A stretch of DNA of 64,000 nucleotides, from NCBI GenBank assembly GCA_025928185.1, contig JAICKA010000004.1, forward strand, positions 19,008-83,007. Reading direction: 5' to 3'. Within the stretch, counting starts at the first letter, position 1. The number at the start of each line of letters is the position of its first letter. The notes under the pieces are model-generated. The model worked only from the letters and a program-made list of their open reading frames with translations. It was not told the DNA's origin and searched no databases. Below, piece by piece: positions 39,984 through 51,475 of this stretch. A program made the position numbers and the translations under genes. The DNA comes from Gemmatimonadaceae bacterium (lineage in GTDB: Bacteria > Gemmatimonadota > Gemmatimonadetes > Gemmatimonadales > Gemmatimonadaceae).

Positions 39984-41179
39984 CAACGGCGGTCGTCGAG
40001 CGCCGCCACGCCTGGCAGAACCTTGCCCTCGAGGAACTCGAGCGAGGCGCCGCCGCCCGTCGACACGTGGCTCATGGCATTCTCCAACTCAAGCTCTGCG
40101 ACGGCAGCCGCCGAGTCGCCGCCGCCGACGATCGTGGTAGCACCGGTCTTCGTCGCGCGACCCATGGCCTCGGCAACGGCGCGAGTGCCCGCATCGAATG
40201 GCGGCTTTTCGAAGACGCCCATCGGTCCGTTCCAGATCACGGTGCGCGCGCGAGCGACGGCGCTCGCGAACTGCGCCGACGCCTCCGGGCCTATGTCGAA
40301 CATGGCTTCATCGGCCGGGATGGCGTCGCGGGGGACGGCGTGCGCGCTCTGCGCCGCGTCGAGTGACGGGCTCACGTTTGCGTCGGTCGGTAGCAGCAGC
40401 TTGTCGCGCCCGCGGGCCAGAATGTCCTTCGCCATGTCGACGCGGTCCGCTTCCACGAGCGACTTGCCCGTTTCGAGTCCCATCGCGTTGAAGAACGTGC
40501 ATGCCATGGCGCCGCCGATCACGAGCTGGTCCACCTTGGGCAGCAGGTGTTCGATGACATCGATCTTGCCGGAGATCTTGGCGCCGCCGAGAATGGCGAC
40601 GAACGGCCGTTGAGGATTCTCCAATGCGTCGCCCAGATAATCGAGCTCGCGCTGCATCAGCAGGCCGGCGACCGCCGGGTGCAGCACGTGCGCGACGCCT
40701 TCGGTCGAGGCGTGTGCCCGATGTGCCGAACCGAACGCGTCATTGACGTAGAAATCGCCCAGCTCGGCGAGACCGCGCGACAGGCGCTCGTCGTTCGATT
40801 CCTCGCCCCCGAGAAAGCGGGTGTTCTCGAGCAGGATGACGTGCGCGTTCCGATTATGCGTGGCCTTGATTGCCTCGTCGGTGTCCGTGCTCTCCACGAA
40901 CAGCACGTGCTGGTCGGGCAGCAGCTCGGCGAGGCGTCGCCCGACCGGCTCGAGCGAATACTTCGGATCGGGCTTGCCTTTCGGCCGCCCGAGATGCGAG
41001 AGCAGCACGACGCGGGCGCCGCGATCGAGCAGCATCTGGATCGTGGGCAGCGCGGCGCGAATGCGCGTGTCGTCGGTCACGCGTCCATCGGCGAGCGGTA
41101 CGTTGAAATCCACGCGCACCAGCGCGCGTTTGCCGCGCACCTCGGCGTCCGACAGGTCGCGAATCGTTCGCTTGTTCAT
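39983..41179 (-). CDS. pgk: phosphoglycerate kinase
   Basis: 398 aa from the ATG at 41179. [16 protein letters not shown], and the C-terminal [14 protein letters not shown]. Confidence 0.95.
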   Translation of the reverse strand: MNKRTIRDLSDAEVRGKRALVRVDFNVPLADGRVTDDTRIRAALPTIQMLLDRGARVVLLSHLGRPKGKPDPKYSLEPVGRRLAELLPDQHVLFVESTDTDEAIKATHNRNAHVILLENTRFLGGEESNDERLSRGLAELGDFYVNDAFGSAHRAHASTEGVAHVLHPAVAGLLMQRELDYLGDALENPQRPFVAILGGAKISGKIDVIEHLLPKVDQLVIGGAMACTFFNAMGLETGKSLVEADRVDMAKDILARGRDKLLLPTDANVSPSLDAAQSAHAVPRDAIPADEAMFDIGPEASAQFASAVARARTVIWNGPMGVFEKPPFDAGTRAVAEAMGRATKTGATTIVGGGDSAAAVAELELENAMSHVSTGGGASLEFLEGKVLPGVAALDDRR

Positions 41180-41195
41180 GTGGCGTGCGAAGCGG

Positions 41196-42994
<1,799 letters not shown>

Positions 42995-43015
42995 GCGGAC
43001 CCGCGGAAACGGTGG

Positions 43016-43834
43016 TCAGGCGCCTCCGTCGCGCACGGACGCCCACATGGCGCCGCGGTCCGCGGGCACCCCGAACCATGTCTCGAACGCGAGCGCGCCC
43101 TGTTCGATGAGCATCCCGAGGCCATCGTGTGCGCGGTGGCCGCGCGCCCTGACCGCGCGTACCCAGGGCGTTTCGCCGCGGCGATAAACGAGATCCAGCA
43201 CCGCGCTGGCCGGCGCGACGAGCGCTGGATCGAGCGGCATTGCGTCGTCATGCAATCCAACCGAGGTTGCGTTGACGACAAGCTGTGCGCCGGCGATCAC
43301 GCCCACATCATCGACCGGACGCGCGACGGACCGAAATCGTGCGCAGAGGTGTGCCGCTCGTTCGGGTGTGCGATTGTACACGTGCGCGTCACACCCGGTC
43401 CATGATTCGACCGCCGCCAGCACGGCCGCGGCCGCGCCGCCGGCGCCGAGCACGCCGACCGTGATTCCACGCGGCAGCTCGCCGAGCAGTTTGACGACCG
43501 CGGCGTTGAAGCCGCCGACATCGGAGTTGTCGCCGACGAGGCGACCGTCGTCATCGACCCAGAAAACGTTCACGGCGCCGACGCGCGCCGACAGCGGCGT
43601 GAGGTGATCGCAGCGCTCGCGCATCCGCTCCTTGAACGGCACCGTCACGTTGCCCGCCACACCGTCGGTGACGAGACTCGCCACGCAGCGATCGAAATCG
43701 GCCGGCTCGAGATCCAGCGCCTCGTAACGCAGCGGAATGCCAGCGGCGCGGAGCGCCGCGTTCTGGAATGTGGGCGAGAGCGAGTGACCGACGGGATGCC
43801 CGAGCAGCACCAACCGCGCGGGCCGGCGCGTCAC
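43016..43834 (-). CDS. aroE: shikimate dehydrogenase
   Basis: 272 aa. GHPVGHSLSPTFQNAA, NVTVPFK, GAGGAAAAV Rossmann motif. Confidence 0.88.
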   Translation of the reverse strand: MTRRPARLVLLGHPVGHSLSPTFQNAALRAAGIPLRYEALDLEPADFDRCVASLVTDGVAGNVTVPFKERMRERCDHLTPLSARVGAVNVFWVDDDGRLVGDNSDVGGFNAAVVKLLGELPRGITVGVLGAGGAAAAVLAAVESWTGCDAHVYNRTPERAAHLCARFRSVARPVDDVGVIAGAQLVVNATSVGLHDDAMPLDPALVAPASAVLDLVYRRGETPWVRAVRARGHRAHDGLGMLIEQGALAFETWFGVPADRGAMWASVRDGGA

Positions 43835-44301
43835 GACTTGCCCGGCGCGCGCTCGGCGGCAATGCGCTCGAACACGCGGCGAATCTCCTGCTCGAGCTCG
43901 TCCGCCGTGGCGCGGTAGACGTCCAACTCGGCGCCGATCGGATCGCTGATCGGCCGGATGTCGGCGCCGCGCGACGCGTATTCGGCGAGCAGATAAGCGT
44001 GATCGCCGCCGCCGAGGGCCTCGACGCGCTCGAGATGGTGCGGACCCATCACCAGAATGAGATCGGAATCGCGCACGAGATCGCGCGTCAACGTCTGCGC
44101 ACGATGACTGCTCAAATCCATGTTGCGTTCCATGCCGACGAGCAACGCGCCGTCGCTGGCTGGCGCGCCATCGTGCGCGCTGGTGCCGGCGCTCGCGGCC
44201 TCGATGTCGGTGAGGCCGCGTTCGATGGCAATCTTGCGCGCGATCGCCTCTGACATCGGGCTGCGGCAGGTGTTGCCCGTGCAGACGAACAGAATCTTCA
44301 T
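43831..44301 (-). CDS. low-molecular-weight protein tyrosine/arginine phosphatase
   Basis: MKILFVCTGNTCRSPM (CX5R(S/T) P-loop) and a downstream DPIG Asp loop. Start set at the ATG at 44301. The ATG at 44313 and the TTG at 44319 are possible alternatives. Confidence 0.85.
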   Translation of the reverse strand: MKILFVCTGNTCRSPMSEAIARKIAIERGLTDIEAASAGTSAHDGAPASDGALLVGMERNMDLSSHRAQTLTRDLVRDSDLILVMGPHHLERVEALGGGDHAYLLAEYASRGADIRPISDPIGAELDVYRATADELEQEIRRVFERIAAERAPGKS

Positions 44302-44305
44302 GCGA

Positions 44306-44977
44306 TCAGGCATCTCCAATCAAACGAGGCAGCGTCTCGCGCAGCGTCGCCGCGGAGATCGCTCCGGGACGGATCACTCGCGGCAAACGACCAGTGCAAT
44401 CGAGCACGGTTGAGGGCGCCGACGGCACCAGCGTTCCACCGTCCAGGACTCGCAGCTGCCCGCGGGCGACTGCGTCGCTCCACTGTGTCAGAATCTCGGC
44501 GGCGGAAGTGGCGGGGGGAACCCCCGGACGATTCGCGCTCGTCGACGTGATCGCGTCGCCATGTGCGCGAATGAGCCGCGCGATGCCGACATGGCTCGTC
44601 CAGCGCACCGCCACACCTCCTTCCGGACCGCGGAGGCGATCGGGTACGCGTCGCTCGCCGCCCGACAGCACGAGCGTCAGCGGACCGGGCCAGTGTCGCG
44701 TGACGAGATTTGCCGCGTAGCTCGGAAAATGGAGATTCAGCCGCTCGATCATGTCCGGACCGGCAATCAACAGCAGGAATGGCTTGCCGGGCGGGCGGTG
44801 CTTGAGCGCGACGAGCGCATCCACGGAGTCGCGATCGATACCGCCGCCGAAGCCGTACACCGTCTCGGTGGGATACGCGAGCACGCGCCGCGCTTCGATT
44901 TGCATCAGCGCGCGGCGCAGCGCCGCTTGCACCTCGTCCGCGGACCAGAACGGAAGCGAGAGGGCGTCCGACCTCAT
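44306..44977 (-). CDS. tsaC: L-threonylcarbamoyladenylate synthase (YrdC/Sua5/TsaC family)
   Basis: 223 aa from the ATG at 44977 (ATGA overlap with the ispD stop). AYPTETVYGFGG, ITSTSANRPG, and STVLDCTG motifs. Confidence 0.85.
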   Translation of the reverse strand: MRSDALSLPFWSADEVQAALRRALMQIEARRVLAYPTETVYGFGGGIDRDSVDALVALKHRPPGKPFLLLIAGPDMIERLNLHFPSYAANLVTRHWPGPLTLVLSGGERRVPDRLRGPEGGVAVRWTSHVGIARLIRAHGDAITSTSANRPGVPPATSAAEILTQWSDAVARGQLRVLDGGTLVPSAPSTVLDCTGRLPRVIRPGAISAATLRETLPRLIGDA

Positions 44978-45669
44978 TCGAGAAGTGTAAAGAGGGCCTC
45001 GGCCCGGGCAAAATCCGCGGCGTCGGTGATCTTGAGCGCCCGCTCGCTTCCGGCAACGACGCGCACGGGAATCTCCAGCGCCTCGCACAGCGCGGCGTCG
45101 TCGGTGGAGGACAGGCGGCGGGCGGCCGCCTCTCGGTGAGCGCGCACGATCACCTCACGCGGAAAGCCCTGCGGGGTCTGCGCGCGCCACAGCCCGTCAC
45201 GATCGACGGTGCGAACGATGAAACCCTGCTCGTCCACCTGCTTCAACGTGTCGACCACCGGCAGCGCAGCGATCGTCGAATGGCCGTCGCGCACGGAGGC
45301 GACCACGCGATCGATCGTGGCGTCGCTCACCAGCGGGCGTGCCGCATCGTGTACCAGCACGATCTCCGCTTCGTCCGGCAGATCATCGAGGCCGTGCTTG
45401 ACGGACTCAGTCCGCGTCCGCCCTCCGGTCGAGACCATCAGACGGTCGATGTCGCACTGGAAGATCCAGGGCGGAGGATCGGCCGCGTACTCGATCGGCA
45501 GCACGCACACGACGGACACCACGTCGTCGCGGGCCATGAACGTCTGCAGGCTGTGCAGCAACGCCGGCTTGCCGGCGACCCAGCGGAACTGCTTGAGCTC
45601 CGTGCCGCCGGTGCGCGTGCTCGATCCGCCCGCCACGATGACCACGCCGACGTCGCGGCGTACGCTCAT
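44974..45669 (-). CDS. ispD: 2-C-methyl-D-erythritol 4-phosphate cytidylyltransferase
   Basis: 231 aa from the ATG at 45669 (ATGA overlap with the radA stop). VIVAGGSSTR, VLVHDAARPL, and AQTPQGF motifs. The remainder of ORF 44974..46449 is an alternative frame over radA. Confidence 0.9.
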   Translation of the reverse strand: MSVRRDVGVVIVAGGSSTRTGGTELKQFRWVAGKPALLHSLQTFMARDDVVSVVCVLPIEYAADPPPWIFQCDIDRLMVSTGGRTRTESVKHGLDDLPDEAEIVLVHDAARPLVSDATIDRVVASVRDGHSTIAALPVVDTLKQVDEQGFIVRTVDRDGLWRAQTPQGFPREVIVRAHREAAARRLSSTDDAALCEALEIPVRVVAGSERALKITDAADFARAEALFTLLE

Positions 45670-47060
45670 GCGAACACGCGGCGCAACAGATCCTGAATCG
45701 TGCGCACGCCGACGATCTCGAGATCGCGACTCAGTCGCCGGGGAATGCCGCGTTCGGCGAGATAGACGCGCTTCATGCCCATGTTCGCCGCTTCCGCCAC
45801 GCGGCGGTCGGCTTGCGACACGGAGCGGACTTCGCCGCCGAGCCCCACTTCGCCGATGAAGATCGCATCCGGCGGGAGCGCCTTGTCGTATACGCTCGAG
45901 GACAGTGCCGCGGCAACGGCGAGATCGCCCGCGGGTTCCACGAGGCGCATGCCGCCGACCACGTTGAGAAAGACGTCGAGCTGCGCGAACGACAACCCGG
46001 CGCGCTTGTCGAGCACCGCGAGGAGCAACGCGAGCCGACGGCCGTCGAATCCCGTGGCGACACGCTGCGGCGTGCCGAAGCCGGCTTTGGCTGCCAGCGC
46101 CTGGATCTCGACCAGCACGGGCCGCGTGCCTTCGAGCAGCGCCGTCACCGCGCTGCCCGACGCGTGACTCGCGCGATCGCCCATGAACAGCTCGGACGGA
46201 TTCGCCACGGGCTCGAGTCCCTGCTCCGTCATCCGGAACACGCCGATCTCGTCGACGCTGCCGAAGCGATTCTTCGTCGCACGCAGAATGCGGTGATCGA
46301 GCGTGCTCTCGCCCTCGAAGTACAGCACCGTGTCGACGATGTGCTCGAGTGTCTTCGGTCCGGCGATGCCGCCGCCCTTGGTTACGTGGCCGACGGCGAA
46401 CACCGTCGTGCCGCTCTCCTTGGCGTAGCGCATCAGGCGCGCAGCGCACTCGCGCACTTGTCCGACGTTGCCTGGTGCACCTTCGAGATCGGCGGTGAAT
46501 ACGGTCTGGATGGAATCGACGATCAACACCGCAGGCGCGGCGGCGGCGGACGTTGCGAGCACCGTCTCCAGATTCGTTTCGCTCAACAGCGTGACGTCAC
46601 CCGAGTTGTCGCCGAGACGATCGGCACGAAGCTTTACCTGGAGCGCCGATTCCTCGCCTGACGCGTACAGCGTCGCATGACCTGCCGCCTGCAGTCGCGC
46701 CGCGACCTGCAGCAGCAGCGTCGATTTGCCGATGCCGGGCTCGCCCCCGATGAGAATCATCGAGCCGGGGACGATGCCGCCGCCGAGCACGAAGTCGAAC
46801 TCCTCGATGCCCGTGGCCCAGCGCTCGGCGTTCGAGCCGCGGACGTCGCGCAACCGCGGCGTGAACGCGACACTTCCCCCTTCGGCCAGAGTGCGCGAGC
46901 CGCCCATGCGGCGCGCCGCGCCGCTGGACGCGGCGACTTTCGGCGCCACGATCTCCTCGACGAGCGTGTTCCACTCGCCGCACGCATCGCAGCGACCCTG
47001 CCACTTGGGGGCTTCGCTGCCGCACTCGGTGCAGCGGTAGACCGTTCGCGCTTTGGCCAC
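45666..47060 (-). CDS. radA: DNA repair protein RadA/Sms
   Basis: 464 aa. N-terminal zinc ribbon (YRCTECGSEAPKWQGRCDACGEWNT), Walker A GEPGIGKST, KNRFG motif, and a Lon-like C-terminal domain. Confidence 0.93.
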   Translation of the reverse strand: MAKARTVYRCTECGSEAPKWQGRCDACGEWNTLVEEIVAPKVAASSGAARRMGGSRTLAEGGSVAFTPRLRDVRGSNAERWATGIEEFDFVLGGGIVPGSMILIGGEPGIGKSTLLLQVAARLQAAGHATLYASGEESALQVKLRADRLGDNSGDVTLLSETNLETVLATSAAAAPAVLIVDSIQTVFTADLEGAPGNVGQVRECAARLMRYAKESGTTVFAVGHVTKGGGIAGPKTLEHIVDTVLYFEGESTLDHRILRATKNRFGSVDEIGVFRMTEQGLEPVANPSELFMGDRASHASGSAVTALLEGTRPVLVEIQALAAKAGFGTPQRVATGFDGRRLALLLAVLDKRAGLSFAQLDVFLNVVGGMRLVEPAGDLAVAAALSSSVYDKALPPDAIFIGEVGLGGEVRSVSQADRRVAEAANMGMKRVYLAERGIPRRLSRDLEIVGVRTIQDLLRRVFA

Positions 47061-47066
47061 GCTGAT

Positions 47067-48476
47067 CTATCCGCGCTGCGAGATGTTTTCGAACCGCGTG
47101 AATTGCTTTTGAAAGAGCAGATTCACAATGCCCGTCGGACCATTTCGTTGCTTGCCGATGATGACTTCGGCTTTGCCCTCGAGCGAATTGCCGTCCTTGT
47201 CGACGGGGCCGTCATAGAACTCCTGTCGATAAAGGAACATGATCAGGTCGGCGTCCTGCTCGATCGCGCCTGATTCGCGGAGATCGGAGAGCTGCGGGCG
47301 CTTGTTGTCGCCCGTCCGCTGCTCCGGCGCGCGCGAGAGCTGCGACAGCGCGACGACCGGAACGTTCAGCTCCTTGGCCAGCGCTTTCAGTCCGCGCGAG
47401 ATCTGGCTGACCTCCTGCTGCCGGCTCTCTGAATGTGCGGGACCCTGCATGAGCTGCAGATAGTCGACGATCACCATGCCGACGCCGGCGTCGGTTTTGA
47501 GGCGCCTCGCCTTGGAGCGCATTTCGAGCAGCGTGATGCCCGGCGTGTCGTCGATCCAGACGGGCGCCGAGCTGAGGATTCCCGCCGCGCGGGCGAGTCG
47601 CGGAAAGTCGTCGTCGCGCAGCAGTCCTTTGCGGAGCCGCTGCGCATCGATGCGCGCCTCGGACGTGAGCATGCGTTGCACGAGCGACTCTTTACTCATT
47701 TCCAGCGAGAAGAACGCAACCGGAACATTGTGCTCGATAGCGGCGTGTTGCGCGACGTTCAGCGTGAACGCCGTCTTCCCCATCGACGGCCGGGCTGCCA
47801 CGATGACGAGATCGGCCGGCTGAAAGCCCGACGTCAGCTCGTCCAGCTCGTTGAAGCCGCTCGCGACCCCGGTGACGGTCTTGCCGCCGCGCTGCAGCGC
47901 TTCGATGCGCTCCATCGTCGGCCAGAGCAGCTCCTTGATGCGCGTGAAGCCTTCCCTGGTCTGCTGCTGCGCGACCTGGAAGATCTTCGACTCGGCTTCG
48001 TCGAGCAGCTCATTGGCCGTGCTCTTTCCATCGAATGCCTCGGCGACAATGCTCGTCGAGACTTCGATCAGTCGCCGCAGGATCGCCTTTTCGCGGACGA
48101 TCTGCGCGTGATACTCGATGTTGGCCGCGGTCGGTACGGCATCGACGAGAAAGCCGATGTAGTCCTTGCCGCCCGCGCCGTCCAGCTCACCGCGCCGGCT
48201 CAGCTCCTCGGACAGCGTGAGCGGATCGACCACGCCGCCGCGCTCCACGATCGTCGTCATCGCGCGGAAGATTCGGCGATGCCGCTCGGCGTAGAACATG
48301 GCGTCGGTGACGAATTCGACCGCGCGGAGTACCGCGTCCTGGTCGATCAGCATTGCCGACAGCACCGCCTGCTCGGCGTCCTCGGAGTACGGAGGGCGCC
48401 GATCGCGGTACGGATCACGCCCCAGCGCTGGGGCGGGCAGTGGCGCTATCGAGTATTCGACGGGCGAGCTGGACAT
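47067..48476 (-). CDS. dnaB: replicative DNA helicase
   Basis: PPYSEDAEQAVLSAML N-terminal motif, Walker A ARPSMGKTAF, and a RecA-like C-terminal domain. Start set at the ATG at 48476, which overlaps the udg 3' end by 62 nt, so the exact start is uncertain. Confidence 0.9.
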   Translation of the reverse strand: MSSSPVEYSIAPLPAPALGRDPYRDRRPPYSEDAEQAVLSAMLIDQDAVLRAVEFVTDAMFYAERHRRIFRAMTTIVERGGVVDPLTLSEELSRRGELDGAGGKDYIGFLVDAVPTAANIEYHAQIVREKAILRRLIEVSTSIVAEAFDGKSTANELLDEAESKIFQVAQQQTREGFTRIKELLWPTMERIEALQRGGKTVTGVASGFNELDELTSGFQPADLVIVAARPSMGKTAFTLNVAQHAAIEHNVPVAFFSLEMSKESLVQRMLTSEARIDAQRLRKGLLRDDDFPRLARAAGILSSAPVWIDDTPGITLLEMRSKARRLKTDAGVGMVIVDYLQLMQGPAHSESRQQEVSQISRGLKALAKELNVPVVALSQLSRAPEQRTGDNKRPQLSDLRESGAIEQDADLIMFLYRQEFYDGPVDKDGNSLEGKAEVIIGKQRNGPTGIVNLLFQKQFTRFENISQRG

Positions 48477-49344
48477 CTTCCCAGGTGGGTCTCTTCCAGG
48501 ACGGATTGCGCAGGAGCGCGGCGGGATGGTACGTGACGACGAGCGGCACGCCGCAATATCGATGCACGTCCCCACGCAACTTACTGATCGGCAGCTTTGT
48601 GTCGAGGAGTGTTTGCGCTGCAAACGTGCCGAGCGCGAGGATCACCTTGGGCTGAATGAGCTCGATCTGTCGAACGAGGTACGGACTACACCCAATGACC
48701 TCTTCCGGGCGTGGATTCCGGTTACCCGGCGGCCGATGCTTGAGGACGTTGCAGATGAAGACATCCTCTCGCTTCAAATCGATGGCCGCGAGAATTTTTG
48801 TGAGCAGTTGACCCGCCGCGCCGATGAACGGCCGGCCGGTCTGGTCCTCGGTTGCCCCGGGCGCTTCGCCGACGCACATGAAGTCGGCGTTCGGGTTGCC
48901 CTCGCCAGGCACCGGATTCGCGGCGGTCGAGTACAGCGGACAACGCGTGCAGCTGGCGACGTGCGCCGCGAGCGCGTCCAGGGTCGTGAGCGACTCGAGG
49001 GACGACGGCGATGGAGCGCCCGATGAAACCGATGTCGATTCGGCCGAACGCGCGGCCGCGGGTGCGTCGGCATCCACGTGTGCGGGTATCGTTGGCACGG
49101 ATTCGGCGCCGCTGGCGCGCAGCGCTTCGCGCCAGTCGCCGGTCGACGCAGCCTTGCTCACGTCCGCCGGCACGGCGCGCGGCGCGGGTTCCGCGGCGCG
49201 ACTCGGCATTGGTGTGGCGGACTCCGTTCGCGCCCCGAGTATGCGAAGCGTCTCCTCGACCGTGAGGCTGTCGAGCACGAGCTCCGTTTCTCCCATGTCG
49301 CGCCGCTGCTCGAGGTAGCGACGCAGCTGCTCTTTAGCGTCCAC
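48415..49344 (-). CDS. udg: uracil-DNA glycosylase, family 4, with an N-terminal extension
   Basis: The C-terminal ~185 aa carry CTRCPL, GEGNPNADFMCVGEAPG, and HPAALLRNP motifs (family 4 / Fe-S UDG). The N-terminal ~125 aa are low-complexity Ala/Ser/Pro-rich. Confidence 0.85.
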   Translation of the reverse strand: MDAKEQLRRYLEQRRDMGETELVLDSLTVEETLRILGARTESATPMPSRAAEPAPRAVPADVSKAASTGDWREALRASGAESVPTIPAHVDADAPAAARSAESTSVSSGAPSPSSLESLTTLDALAAHVASCTRCPLYSTAANPVPGEGNPNADFMCVGEAPGATEDQTGRPFIGAAGQLLTKILAAIDLKREDVFICNVLKHRPPGNRNPRPEEVIGCSPYLVRQIELIQPKVILALGTFAAQTLLDTKLPISKLRGDVHRYCGVPLVVTYHPAALLRNPSWKRPTWEDVQLARRILDSATARPSAGA

Positions 49345-50551
49345 TAATCAGCCTCTCCACGCGATCGAGAATGGCATCGGCTACTGCGGCCTTCGGCATC
49401 AGCGGCAGTCGTTCGTCGCCGCCGTCGCGCGAAAGAATGGTGACGCGATTCGTGTCGACGCCAAAGCCGGCGCCCGGTTCCGTTGCGTCGTTGACGACGA
49501 TCAGGTCGAGATTCTTCGCCTTCAGCTTGTCCCGGCCGTGGGCGATGGCGTCGTCGGTTTCCAGGGCGAATCCGACGATCACCGCGCCCGGCCGACGTGC
49601 GCGCCTGGTTTCAGCGAGGATATCCGTCGTGTTCGACAGCGTGAGGGTCGGAGCGGCAGCCGCTTTCTTGATCTTTGATTTTGCCGGCATGCTCGGTCGA
49701 AAGTCGGCTGGTGCGGCGGCCATCACGAGCACGTCGGCTTCCGGCAGCAGCCGTGCAATCGCGTCGCTCATCTGCTCCGTCGTCTCGACGCCATGCACGC
49801 GTAATGCGCCTGGAATCTCGACCGAAAGCGGACCAGCCACGAGATCCACCTCGGCACCGCGACGCCAGGCTGCGCTGGCGATCGCCACGCCCATCTTTCC
49901 GCTGCTGTGATTCGAGATGAACCGGACCGGATCGATTGCCTCGCGCGTCGGCCCTGCGGTCACGATCACGCGCCGCCCAGTGAGCGGCGCAACCGGCTCG
50001 AGAAGGCGGCCAACGTGTGCGAAGATCGTTTCCGGCTCGGGCATTCGTCCGGGGCCACTACCTTCGCCCGCGGCGAGCATGCCTTCGTCGGGGTCGAGCA
50101 CTCGATAGCCGAGCTCTCTCAGATGCGCCACGTTGCGTTGCGTCTGCCCGTGTGCCCACATGTGATCGTTCATTGCCGGCACGAGCAGCACAGGACAGTT
50201 CGCGGCGAGCAGACATGCGGTGAGCAGATCGTCAGCCTGGCCGGCCGCGGCACGAGCGAGAAAATCCGCGGTGGACGGCGCGACGACGATCGCGGTCGCG
50301 GCGCGCGAGAGTCTGATGTGGTCGAGCGCGCGGCCGGCGTCGAACAGCTCGGTGTGCACCGGCCGGCCGGTGAGTGCCTCGAAGGTGATCGCACCGACGA
50401 ACTCCGTTGCGGCGCGCGTCATCACCACATCGACTTCGGCGCCGGCTTTCGTGAGCAGCCGCGCCAGCCAGGCCGACTTGTAGCTCGCAATGCCTCCCGT
50501 GATGCCGAGGAGAATGCGAGCGCCCTGATACGGCCGCTCCGGGTTGGACAT
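49334..50551 (-). CDS. coaBC: bifunctional phosphopantothenoylcysteine decarboxylase / phosphopantothenate-cysteine ligase
   Basis: 405 aa. GITGGIASYK flavoprotein N-terminus, PAMNDHMW, VTAGPTREAIDPVRFISNHSSGKMG. Confidence 0.93.
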   Translation of the reverse strand: MSNPERPYQGARILLGITGGIASYKSAWLARLLTKAGAEVDVVMTRAATEFVGAITFEALTGRPVHTELFDAGRALDHIRLSRAATAIVVAPSTADFLARAAAGQADDLLTACLLAANCPVLLVPAMNDHMWAHGQTQRNVAHLRELGYRVLDPDEGMLAAGEGSGPGRMPEPETIFAHVGRLLEPVAPLTGRRVIVTAGPTREAIDPVRFISNHSSGKMGVAIASAAWRRGAEVDLVAGPLSVEIPGALRVHGVETTEQMSDAIARLLPEADVLVMAAAPADFRPSMPAKSKIKKAAAAPTLTLSNTTDILAETRRARRPGAVIVGFALETDDAIAHGRDKLKAKNLDLIVVNDATEPGAGFGVDTNRVTILSRDGGDERLPLMPKAAVADAILDRVERLISGR

Positions 50552-50612
50552 GCGCTACCGGCGACCGGGCATCGGTCCGATCACCGACGACCGGCAGTCG
50601 AGCGCGCCCACG

Positions 50613-50822
50613 CTACTCGGCGCGGCGGCGGGGCACGACGTGATACACGATCTCGCCCTTGGACAGCTCCTCGAGCGAGCGCGTCGTCAACTTCTTTTCG
50701 CGCGACGACGAACGGTCACGCGGAAACTCGTTGAGCACGCGGGCGTACTTGGCCGCCACGAGCACGCCGAGATACTTGTTGGCGGCGTGGTTGGCGATCT
50801 CGACTGGTGTGAAGACTCGCAT
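50613..50822 (-). CDS. rpoZ: DNA-directed RNA polymerase omega subunit
   Basis: 69 aa, NKYLGVLVAAKYARVL resembles the omega core helix. Conserved gmk-rpoZ adjacency. Confidence 0.85.
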   Translation of the reverse strand: MRVFTPVEIANHAANKYLGVLVAAKYARVLNEFPRDRSSSREKKLTTRSLEELSKGEIVYHVVPRRRAE

Positions 50823-50833
50823 GTCTCAGCTCA

Positions 50834-51475
50834 TCACGATGATTGGTGATCGATCTCTGCTTCGAGGCGACTGATCAGCATTTCGACCTGGTTCCGGAGA
50901 CCGGATACTCGTTCCCGGCTCACCACTTCCGCATCCAGAATCGCCGACACGCTGAGCACCGCGCGGTCGAGCTCGTCGTTGATCACGACGTACTCGTACT
51001 CCTCCACGGCTCGCAATTCCTGCAGTGCGGAATGTAATCGAGCGACGAGCTGTTCGGGGGACTCGGTTTTCCGGCGTCGAAGGCGATCGAGCAACACCTC
51101 GCCGGACGGCGGGAGCACAAAAACGGTCACCGTGTCCGGAAAGGCCTTTCGGATCTGGCGGGCGCCCTGGACGTCGATGTCCATGATGACATGCAAGCCG
51201 CTTTTCAGAATCCGCGAGATCTCGCTGCGCAACGTCCCGTACAGGTTGCCGTGGACCTCGGCGCATTCCGCGAAATCGCCGGCCTCGCGGCGGCGGATGA
51301 ACTCTTCGCGGGTCAGGAAGTGATAGTCGGTTCCGTTGACCTCGCCCTGGCGCGGCGTCCGCGTCGTGCACGAAACGGAGTAGCCAAGATCCGAACGGCG
51401 GCGAAGCAGTTGGCGCGCGATGGTCGTCTTTCCGCCGCCGGACGGCGCGGAGAGAATGATTGGGAAAGCCCTCAC
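50834..51475 (-). CDS. gmk: guanylate kinase
   Basis: 213 aa. P-loop SAPSGGGKTT, TTRTPRQGEVNGTDYHF. Confidence 0.93.
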   Translation of the reverse strand: MRAFPIILSAPSGGGKTTIARQLLRRRSDLGYSVSCTTRTPRQGEVNGTDYHFLTREEFIRRREAGDFAECAEVHGNLYGTLRSEISRILKSGLHVIMDIDVQGARQIRKAFPDTVTVFVLPPSGEVLLDRLRRRKTESPEQLVARLHSALQELRAVEEYEYVVINDELDRAVLSVSAILDAEVVSRERVSGLRNQVEMLISRLEAEIDHQSS

